The translations under genes were made by a program, and so were the position numbers. Positions 27,449 through 34,788 of a DNA stretch of 34,788 bases are shown here, piece after piece. The stretch is from Planctomycetota bacterium (lineage in GTDB: Bacteria; Planctomycetota; Planctomycetia; Pirellulales; UBA1268): positions 1-34,788 of the forward strand of contig QWQJ01000166.1 in assembly GCA_003670865.1 (NCBI GenBank). Direction: 5' to 3'. Every line of letters begins with the position of its first letter. Position 1 is the stretch's first letter. Under the pieces are notes generated by a model. The model did no database searches. It was not told the DNA's origin and saw only the letters and a list, made by a program, of their open reading frames with translations.

Positions 27449-30307
27449 ATGGAAAATCCATCAGCAGACGCTCTCGCGTTTTCCGTGCCGGACCTGAACG
27501 AGCAGCCAGACTTGCACGGGCAGACTGTCTGGGTGGTCGACACGCTGTCCCGCATCTACCAACTCTTTCATGCCTTGCCAGAGATGACTTCACCGCAAGG
27601 GGTGCCCGTCTCGGCGGTCTTTGGATTCGCTCGCGACCTGCTCGACATCATCGAGAAAAAAAAGGCGGACTTTATTTTTTGCGTGATCGATGCCCCTGGT
27701 CCCACTTTTCGCCACAATCAATTTGCAGCCTACAAGGCCACTCGCGCCGACATGCCGGCCGATCTTGTGCCCCAGATTCCGCTGGTGCGGCGATTGATCG
27801 ATGTGATGGGAATTCCGAGGCTAGAGCTCCCGGGCTTTGAGGCCGACGACATCTTGGCAACGCTCGCCACCTGCACCGTTTTGGGCGGCGGCAACTGTAT
27901 CATCGCCACCTCCGACAAGGATGCACGGCAACTCATCTGCCCGCAGGTGCGACTTCTCAACCTCCGCACCAACACAATGTTTGGTGCAGAGGAACTCCTC
28001 GCCACCTGGGGCATTCGCCCCGATCAAGTCGTCGATTTTCTGGCGATTGTCGGCGACGCTGTTGACAACGTTCCGGGGGTGCCGGGCATCGGGCCAAAGA
28101 CGGCCAGCGAACTTTTGCGCACCTACGACACGCTCGACATTCTGCTTCAGAACATTCCTTTGGTCAGCGGCACAAAGCGCAAAGAAAATTTGCAAAAGTT
28201 TGCCGACACAGCCCGCTTCAGTCGCGAACTGGTGCGACTGGTGACGTCTGTCCCGGTCGAGATTCCCTGGCAGGTCGCCCGCCGTCATCCACCCGACACC
28301 GACAGCTTGGCCGACTTTCTCCGAGAGATGGGGTTTCATAGCCTGCTGACCAAAGTGTTGGGCTCGGCGGCCAAGCGAGATGCTCCACGGCCGCCGTCGC
28401 CAGCCCCAGCTTCGGCCCAGCTGCCAACCCCGCCAAGCCCCAAGCTCAAGAAGAAGCAAGACAATGGCCAAGCGATGCTCTTTGCCAGCGACGACGCTGC
28501 TGTTGTTAGACCGCGTGGCTTGGCTGGGCTTACGCCGTTGTCCAGCATTGTGGGCGGGGCGGCACAAGACGCTAAACAGCCGGCCATCGATTCAAATCTG
28601 GCCGAGTTTTTCCGCACAGTAACGGCTGCTGACTCGCTCGCTCTATGCGTCGTGAAAAATCCGACAGGGACGATTTTGTCCCCGCCGATGGGCATGGCGA
28701 TGGCGGCAGGCTCTACGTGCATCTGGGTTGAACCAGAATGGCTCACGAGCGATCGGGTCAAACAAGTTCTAGAAGATCAATCGATCAAAAAGTTAGGGCA
28801 CGATCTCAAGCGGCAGGCGGTGGCTTTACGTGTGATTGGCATTGAGTTGGCCGGTGGCTCATTGGATACGCTACTCGCGGCGTACCTTCTCGATGCGGGC
28901 CAGCGACAGCAGAGTTTGGCCGAGATTGCCAGTCGCTACGGACTCCCGGCAGCCCCGCTCTCTTTGCAGGCCGAGCCAGCCGGACCAGCCCAACAAGCTG
29001 TGCAAGACTGCCAAACAGTGCAGCAGCTCTCCACGATACTCGCCGACCTGCTCCGCCAAGAGGGTTTGCTCAAACTGTATGAGGATCTGGAGATGCCGCT
29101 TGCTCGTGTGCTAGCCGAGATGGAGTTTCGCGGGGTCCGTATCGACTGCGACATTCTGACGACCCTGTCTGCCGAATATGCCTTGCGGTTAGCGTCACTG
29201 GAATGCGAGATTCATGCCCTTGCTGGCCATCCGTTTGCAATCGCTTCGCGACTGCAAGTGCAAGGCGTCTTGTTTGACGAGTTGCACCTGCCGGTTGTGA
29301 AACGCACAAAGACAGGCCCCAGCACCGATGCTGAGGTGCTCGAAGCATTAGCGGCCCTGCATCCCTTGCCGGCCAAACTGCTCGAGCATAGAAAATATTT
29401 CAAGCTCAAGAGCACCTATGTCGATGCCCTACCGCTCCTCGTGGAGCCTCTCACCGGCCGGATTCACACATCGTTCAATCAAACGCTGACAGCCACCGGG
29501 CGGCTCAGTTCCAGTGATCCAAACTTACAGAACATTCCGATCCGCACTGCCGATGGCCAGCAGATTCGCGCCGCTTTCTTGCCCCGCGAGCCGGGTTGGC
29601 AGTTTGTCTCCGCCGACTACTCCCAGATTGAGCTACGCGTTCTGGCTCATCTCTCGCATGACGCGGCCATGTGCGCTGCATTTTCAGCTGGCGAAGACAT
29701 TCACACGCGCACCGCTGCGGCTGTCTTTGGCATGCCGGATGATGCGGTGACAGCCGACATGCGTCGCGCGGCCAAGGCGGTCAACTTTGGCATTCTGTAT
29801 GGCCAGAGTGGTTTTGGGTTGGCGAAGTCCTTGGGGATTTTGCCGGCCGATGCCACGGCATTCATTGAGGCTTATTTTAAAACCTTTGCCGGCGCTGCGG
29901 CTTTTATGGATGAGGTGCTCGACCACTGTCGGCAGGAGGGCTCTGTGACCACGATTCAGGGTCGGCGGCGGTCGATCAGCGGCGTGCGCGATTATCTGGG
30001 CAGGCGCAATAAATCCGGCAGCTTTGCCCTCTCGCTTGCAGAACGAACGGCGATCAACACGGTCGTACAAGGTTCGGCCGCCGACTTAATGAAGTTGGCG
30101 ATGCTGGCCGTCGATCGACGGCTTGGAGCAGCAGGCCTCAAGGCTGGCATTGTTTTACAGATCCACGACGAACTGCTGCTCGACTGCCCCGCGAGCGAGA
30201 CGGCTGTGGTGGCCAAACTGCTCGTCGAAGAGATGCGTGGTGCGATGGTGCTGGATGTGCCGCTGGAGGTTTCGGTGCACACTGGGAGCAACTGGGCCGA
30301 AGCCTAA
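27449..30307 (+). CDS. polA: DNA polymerase I
   Basis: 5'-3' nuclease (YKATR, FEADD, DKD, GDAVDNVPGVPGIGPKTA); polymerase motifs TATGRLSSSDPNLQNIP, DYSQIELR, KAVNFGILYG, QIHDELL. Confidence 0.97.
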   Translation: MENPSADALAFSVPDLNEQPDLHGQTVWVVDTLSRIYQLFHALPEMTSPQGVPVSAVFGFARDLLDIIEKKKADFIFCVIDAPGPTFRHNQFAAYKATRADMPADLVPQIPLVRRLIDVMGIPRLELPGFEADDILATLATCTVLGGGNCIIATSDKDARQLICPQVRLLNLRTNTMFGAEELLATWGIRPDQVVDFLAIVGDAVDNVPGVPGIGPKTASELLRTYDTLDILLQNIPLVSGTKRKENLQKFADTARFSRELVRLVTSVPVEIPWQVARRHPPDTDSLADFLREMGFHSLLTKVLGSAAKRDAPRPPSPAPASAQLPTPPSPKLKKKQDNGQAMLFASDDAAVVRPRGLAGLTPLSSIVGGAAQDAKQPAIDSNLAEFFRTVTAADSLALCVVKNPTGTILSPPMGMAMAAGSTCIWVEPEWLTSDRVKQVLEDQSIKKLGHDLKRQAVALRVIGIELAGGSLDTLLAAYLLDAGQRQQSLAEIASRYGLPAAPLSLQAEPAGPAQQAVQDCQTVQQLSTILADLLRQEGLLKLYEDLEMPLARVLAEMEFRGVRIDCDILTTLSAEYALRLASLECEIHALAGHPFAIASRLQVQGVLFDELHLPVVKRTKTGPSTDAEVLEALAALHPLPAKLLEHRKYFKLKSTYVDALPLLVEPLTGRIHTSFNQTLTATGRLSSSDPNLQNIPIRTADGQQIRAAFLPREPGWQFVSADYSQIELRVLAHLSHDAAMCAAFSAGEDIHTRTAAAVFGMPDDAVTADMRRAAKAVNFGILYGQSGFGLAKSLGILPADATAFIEAYFKTFAGAAAFMDEVLDHCRQEGSVTTIQGRRRSISGVRDYLGRRNKSGSFALSLAERTAINTVVQGSAADLMKLAMLAVDRRLGAAGLKAGIVLQIHDELLLDCPASETAVVAKLLVEEMRGAMVLDVPLEVSVHTGSNWAEA

Positions 30308-30430
30308 GAAGACACAAGCAGGGTCACGATAAAGTGGACCGACGGATAAGAGTGGAATGAATTGCGAACCGTGGTCAGTTGTCGGGTCGCTCGGCTTGCA
30401 GCCGTCGTTCAGAGAAACGAAAGGTGAGAC

Positions 30431-31084
30431 ATGCTTGTTATCGGACTGATCGGGAAAATCGGTGCGGGAAAGTCGACGGTTGCAAGGCGACTGGCAGAAC
30501 ACGGTGCGGAAGTGATTGATGCCGATGCCATTACCCATCAGGTGCTGGAGGAAACCGCTGCGAAGGCTTTCGTCGTGGCTGCGTTTGGCGAAGAAGTCCT
30601 TGACTCGCAAGGCCGCGTGCAACGACGCATGCTGGCCGAGAAGGTTTTTGGGCCAACGCCGGAGCATGCGGCCCGCTTGGCGGTACTGGAGGCGATCATC
30701 CATCCACGAGTCAGGCAGCAGATCAGCCAGAGGCTGGAACAGGTGCGAGCGGCTGAGCTTACCGTGGAGAATCGCGAGCCCCGAAGCGGGGCAGTCGTTG
30801 TCCTGGATGTGCCGCTATTGCTACAGGCTGGCTGGGACGATCTGTGCCAAGAGTTGATCGTTGTTGAGTGTGATGAGAGAGTGCGGTTGGAGCGGCTCAG
30901 GCAGCGGTCGTGGAGCGAATCGCATGTCGAGGCCCGCGAAGCCGCTTGGGGCCGCCAAAGCTATTTTTGTAGGGTTCCAGAGCGAAAAGGAGCAACCGTG
31001 GATGCGGCTGGCAGTTTGGCTTATACTTTCAGCCAAGTTGACCAGCTGTGGTCGGCCTTTGTTGCAAAATATCCCACTCCTTAA
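30431..31084 (+). CDS. coaE: Dephospho-CoA kinase
   Basis: IGLIGKIGAGKSTV, IDADAI, LEAIIHPRV, VLDVPLLLQAGW; AAGGTG RBS; follows polA. Confidence 0.93.
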   Translation: MLVIGLIGKIGAGKSTVARRLAEHGAEVIDADAITHQVLEETAAKAFVVAAFGEEVLDSQGRVQRRMLAEKVFGPTPEHAARLAVLEAIIHPRVRQQISQRLEQVRAAELTVENREPRSGAVVVLDVPLLLQAGWDDLCQELIVVECDERVRLERLRQRSWSESHVEAREAAWGRQSYFCRVPERKGATVDAAGSLAYTFSQVDQLWSAFVAKYPTP

Positions 31085-31312
31085 AGAAAGCAGGTGTGGT
31101 TTGCGGACAAAAGCAGGTGCGACACAGCAGTCAATGCCCTTCCTTTGATTCTCCAAACCATCGATTGTTTTTGGGGGGTTGTCGCTCCGCTTCCCTCGGT
31201 GCCGTGCAATGCGGCACCAGAGTTTTGCATTTTTAATTCCTGCCTACGCCATCCTTTTCGCTTCTTCTACTCATCGCTCGCTTCGGCTTATTTTCCTGTC
31301 ACGAGGTGTTTC

Positions 31313-32710
31313 ATGTCTTCAATCACTGATTCTGATTCATCGCGCGAGGGGATCGACGACGAACCGATGTCGCTGGCGGAGGAAATTGCTGCCGATATCA
31401 AGCGAGAAGGGGGCGATGCGAGTGATCGCTACGAATCACTCAAAAAGGCCGACACTCATATCACTGCCTTGCAAAAAATGTCGATGCCGGAGTTGATTGA
31501 ATTGGCAAGGCAGGAGGAGGTTGGCGATGTCACCGGCGTTAAGAAACAAGAGCTTGTGTTTCGGATTCTCAAAGAGCGAGTCAAGCTCAATGGCCTGATG
31601 TTTGGTGAAGGTACGCTGGAGATCTTGCCTGATGGTTTTGGTTTCTTGCGAAGCCCGGACTACCACTATCTTTCCTGCCCCGACGATATTTATGTTTCAC
31701 CCAGTCAGATCCGTCGCTTTGGCCTGCGCAACGGCATGAGCGTGGCTGGTCAAATCAGGCCTCCCAAAGAGAGCGAGCGTTATTTCGCTCTGCTCCGAGT
31801 CGAGGCCATCAATGGCGAGGACCCAGCCAAGCTTTCCGCGCGAGTCTTCTTCGATGAACTCACGCCACTGCATCCCGACGAGCGAATTGTGATGGAGACA
31901 ACGGCTGACGAGATTGCGATGCGGGCTGTCGACCTTGTCGTGCCGATCGGATTTGGTCAACGCGGCTTGATCGTGAGTCCACCTCGGGCCGGCAAAACAA
32001 TCCTCCTGCAAAAAATGGCAAAGGCAGTGCTCGTGAACTACCCCGAGGCCTATGTTTTCATGCTTCTCATCGACGAGCGTCCTGAAGAAGTCACCGACAT
32101 GGAGCGGCAGGTAAAGGGCCCAAGTTGTGAGGTGATCAGTTCGACGTTTGACGAAAATGCCAGCCGTCATGTGCAGGTGGCAGAGATGGTGATCGAAAAG
32201 GCAAAGAGACTAGTCGAGTATGGCCGCGATGTGATTATTTTTCTCGATTCAATCACGCGACTGGCTCGCGCGTGGAATTCGGAAGTGCCAAACTCGGGGA
32301 AAATACTCTCCGGCGGTGTCGATTCCAATGCGTTGCAGCGGCCGAAGCGATTCTTTGGCAGTGCCCGCAAGGTCGAGGAGGGGGGGTCGTTGACAATCAT
32401 TGCCACGGCCCTTGTGGAAACAGGCAGCAAGATGGACGACGTCATTTTTGAAGAATTTAAAGGCACCGGAAATTTGGAAATCGTGCTTGATCGGCGATTG
32501 GTTGACAAGCGAATCTATCCGGCCATCGATATCAATCGCTCGGGAACGCGTCGTGAAGAGATGCTGCTGGAACCGGATGAATACCGTCGCGTCTGCGTGA
32601 TGCGTCGTGCGCTCGGGGAGATGAATCCGACCGATGCCATGGAGATCCTCGTCAACCGTCTGGCGAAGACCAAAACAAACACCGAGTTTTTGCTGAGCCT
32701 TAAGTCGTGA
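31313..32710 (+). CDS. rho: Transcription termination factor Rho
   Basis: [82 protein letters not shown]. Start moved to ATG 31313 (GAGGTG RBS). Confidence 0.97.
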   Translation: MSSITDSDSSREGIDDEPMSLAEEIAADIKREGGDASDRYESLKKADTHITALQKMSMPELIELARQEEVGDVTGVKKQELVFRILKERVKLNGLMFGEGTLEILPDGFGFLRSPDYHYLSCPDDIYVSPSQIRRFGLRNGMSVAGQIRPPKESERYFALLRVEAINGEDPAKLSARVFFDELTPLHPDERIVMETTADEIAMRAVDLVVPIGFGQRGLIVSPPRAGKTILLQKMAKAVLVNYPEAYVFMLLIDERPEEVTDMERQVKGPSCEVISSTFDENASRHVQVAEMVIEKAKRLVEYGRDVIIFLDSITRLARAWNSEVPNSGKILSGGVDSNALQRPKRFFGSARKVEEGGSLTIIATALVETGSKMDDVIFEEFKGTGNLEIVLDRRLVDKRIYPAIDINRSGTRREEMLLEPDEYRRVCVMRRALGEMNPTDAMEILVNRLAKTKTNTEFLLSLKS

Positions 32711-33189
32711 CCAGGAGCACCAACGCCTTTGTAGGGCGAAACGACCGATTGCCTGCTCTGATTCGCGTGGCTGTTGTCGTCTCGCGGTACAACGAGTCGA
32801 TCACCCGTCGGCTCCTCGACGCAGCAGTGGCCACGCTTGAAGCGGCCGGGCTTCCGCTGGATCAGATTGATATTGCTTGGGTGCCGGGGGCCTTTGAACT
32901 CACGCTGGCCGCAGATCGCATGGCGGCTAGTGAGCGGTATGCCGCGGTGCTCTGTCTGGGGGCGATCATTCGCGGTGAGACCTCGCACGATCGCATCATT
33001 GCTCACGCGGTTGGCAGCGGCATCGAAGCGGTCGGTCGAACGCGTGGCTTGCCGGTGCTCTTCGGCGTGCTCACCTGCGACACCTTGGCACAGGCGATGG
33101 CTCGGGCTGGCGGCGAGGCAGGTAACAAGGGAACGGAGTGTGCTCTGGCCGCAATCGAAATGATCACACTCCTTGACCAGCTACTGTAG
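32707..33189 (+). CDS. ribH: 6,7-dimethyl-8-ribityllumazine synthase
   Basis: [38 protein letters not shown]; GTGA overlap with the rho stop. Confidence 0.95.
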   Translation: MTRSTNAFVGRNDRLPALIRVAVVVSRYNESITRRLLDAAVATLEAAGLPLDQIDIAWVPGAFELTLAADRMAASERYAAVLCLGAIIRGETSHDRIIAHAVGSGIEAVGRTRGLPVLFGVLTCDTLAQAMARAGGEAGNKGTECALAAIEMITLLDQLL

Positions 33190-33269
33190 GGATACGGAAG
33201 GTTTCCGCTATCATCTTCTTGTGCCAATTTCCATTTCTGCCCACTCCCCCTCGCCAAGCAAGAGCTTTT

Positions 33270-33707
33270 ATGACGCGCCGTAGCCGAGCCCGTGAAGTCG
33301 CCTTGCAGGTGCTCTATCAGTCAGAAGTAAATCCGGGCGTGGTGGCAGCCGATCTGGAGCGCTTTCTCGTGGGCCGATTGCGTCTGCCGATGCTCGTGAC
33401 TTTTGCCCAATTGCTCATCGAAGGGGTCGGCAGCCACTGTGGCCAACTCGATGCGTTACTCGATGCCCGGTCGGAAAATTGGCGTCTGTCTCGAATGGCG
33501 GCGACAGATCGGGCTGTGCTGCGGCTGTGTCTGTTTGAACTGCTCCACACGGATGTGCCCGGTCCGGTAGCCGTTGATGAAGCGATTGAGTTGGCTCGCC
33601 GGTATGGCAGCGATGCATCTGCACGGTTTGTCAGTGGCATTCTCGGCAAGTTGCTCGCCGATCGCGACGCGGCGACTGCCGGCAGGATATCGGCAGAAGT
33701 CGTCTAG
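33270..33707 (+). CDS. nusB: Transcription antitermination factor NusB
   Basis: RRSRAREVALQVLYQ, NWRLSRMAATDRAVLRL, DEAIELARRYG, FVSGILG; ribH-nusB gene order. Confidence 0.95.
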   Translation: MTRRSRAREVALQVLYQSEVNPGVVAADLERFLVGRLRLPMLVTFAQLLIEGVGSHCGQLDALLDARSENWRLSRMAATDRAVLRLCLFELLHTDVPGPVAVDEAIELARRYGSDASARFVSGILGKLLADRDAATAGRISAEVV

Positions 33708-33749
33708 TGTGCATCCTACCCCTCAGGCATTTTTGGAGCATTGCTCGCG

Positions 33750-34784
33750 ATGGCATTTTTCTTTAACCGCAAGGAAAAACCGGCAACAGAATCAGGAGCC
33801 GAGGCTTCTGCAGAAGATGCCGTGGAGCAAGTAACGGAAAAAAAAGGCCTGCTCGATCGACTGCGGTCGGGGCTGGCCAAAACCGTGCAGGTGCTCAATA
33901 CCGATGTGCGCGATCTGTTCAAGCGCGAAGGCCGGCTCGTTGATGAATCATTCCTCGAGGAACTGCGGGCCTTGCTGGTCCGCACCGACATGGGGCCGGC
34001 CGCCGCCGAAGCGATCGTAGTCGATGTGCAAGCCCGCCTTCGCGCCCGCGTGGTGGACCCCGATGTGGTGATCCATTCGATCCGTCGCGAACTGCTCGAG
34101 CGGCTCCAGCAAGCGTCGTCGGAACTCATCAAAGCAGAATCGGGGCCGACGGTCATTCTTGTCACAGGGGTCAACGGTTCCGGCAAAACAACATCGATCG
34201 CCAAACTCGCCCACCGCTTGACGCAACAGGGTGATCGCGTCGTGCTGGGGGCTGGTGACACATTTCGCGCAGCCGCCGTGGAGCAGTTGGCGATGTGGGC
34301 CGGCAGGCTTGGGGCAGAGATTGTGCGTGGGGAGCCGGGCAGCGATCCGGCCAGTGTGGCCCATCGCGCTGTGGCTAGGGCGATCGAAGGGAGCTTCGAT
34401 ATCTGCATCATTGACACTGCCGGTCGCTTGCAAACGCAGGACAATTTGATGCAGGAACTCGCCAAGATTCGCCGCGTGATCGCCAAGCAGATCCCCAACG
34501 CACCGCACGAGGTGCTCTTAGTGATTGATGCCACCGCTGGCCAAAACGCGCTCTCGCAGGCGAAGGGATTTCGTGAGGCTGCCGGTTGCACGGGAATTAT
34601 TTTGGCGAAGCTCGATGGATCGGCGCGAGGGGGCGTAATCGTACCTGTCACCGAGCAATTTGGTCTCCCGGTTAAGTTTGTCGGACTGGGCGAGGCTGCC
34701 GACGACTTGGAGCCGTTTGCTCCGGAGCGATTTGTCCAAGCGCTCCTCGAGGGGGCCTTTGGGCCGGTGGGCTCCTGCTCGTAA
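33750..34784 (+). CDS. ftsY: Signal recognition particle receptor FtsY
   Basis: GVNGSGKTTSIAKLA, AGDTFRAAAVEQL, DTAGRLQT, DATAGQNA, KLDGSARGG, VGLGE..DDL.PF; short acidic N-terminus. Confidence 0.96.
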   Translation: MAFFFNRKEKPATESGAEASAEDAVEQVTEKKGLLDRLRSGLAKTVQVLNTDVRDLFKREGRLVDESFLEELRALLVRTDMGPAAAEAIVVDVQARLRARVVDPDVVIHSIRRELLERLQQASSELIKAESGPTVILVTGVNGSGKTTSIAKLAHRLTQQGDRVVLGAGDTFRAAAVEQLAMWAGRLGAEIVRGEPGSDPASVAHRAVARAIEGSFDICIIDTAGRLQTQDNLMQELAKIRRVIAKQIPNAPHEVLLVIDATAGQNALSQAKGFREAAGCTGIILAKLDGSARGGVIVPVTEQFGLPVKFVGLGEAADDLEPFAPERFVQALLEGAFGPVGSCS

Positions 34785-34788
34785 ATGG

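Noticed and set aside
27821-28567. 248-aa antisense ORF in polA, and many similar overlapping ORFs in the track
   Set aside because: They lie opposite or within well-supported genes and show no motifs; expected in GC-rich DNA.
31094-31312. 73-codon N-terminal extension of Rho
   Set aside because: Cys/Phe-rich and not protein-like, while ATG 31313 has a strong GAGGTG RBS.
33716-34651. 311-aa antisense ORF opposite ftsY
   Set aside because: Typical shadow ORF of a conserved gene; Ser/Ala/Thr-rich with no recognisable domain.

Overview
A gene-dense bacterial window, most likely from a planctomycete. The taxon is inferred from a PVC-type dehydrogenase/HEAT protein, DUF1570- and DUF1080-like proteins and a Tat-exported Gfo/Idh/MocA enzyme. 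I find about 29 CDSs and no rRNA, tRNA, CRISPR array or mobile element. Housekeeping genes: mgtE, thiC, cysS, ispF, and a + strand run of diadenylate cyclase-polA-coaE-rho-ribH-nusB-ftsY. The most interesting parts are: (1) a co-directional cluster of an ABC-2 transporter, two TIM-barrel isomerases, an EboC-like UbiA prenyltransferase and an EboF-like phosphodiesterase, i.e. a reduced ebo-like pathway next to a candidate exporter; (2) a PVC-type dehydrogenase that seems split from its heme-binding half, which follows as a separate gene with its own signal peptide; (3) a RoxA-like di-heme cytochrome c; (4) a DacZ-like cyclase with RHW instead of RHR, behind a sigma70-like promoter and a leader with competing RNA pairings; (5) a membrane-anchored coiled-coil/BRCT-like protein behind a sigma28-like promoter; (6) thiC with no recognisable TPP riboswitch. 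All family calls come from motif recognition by eye, not database searches. Several start codons were moved from the ORF track and remain provisional.
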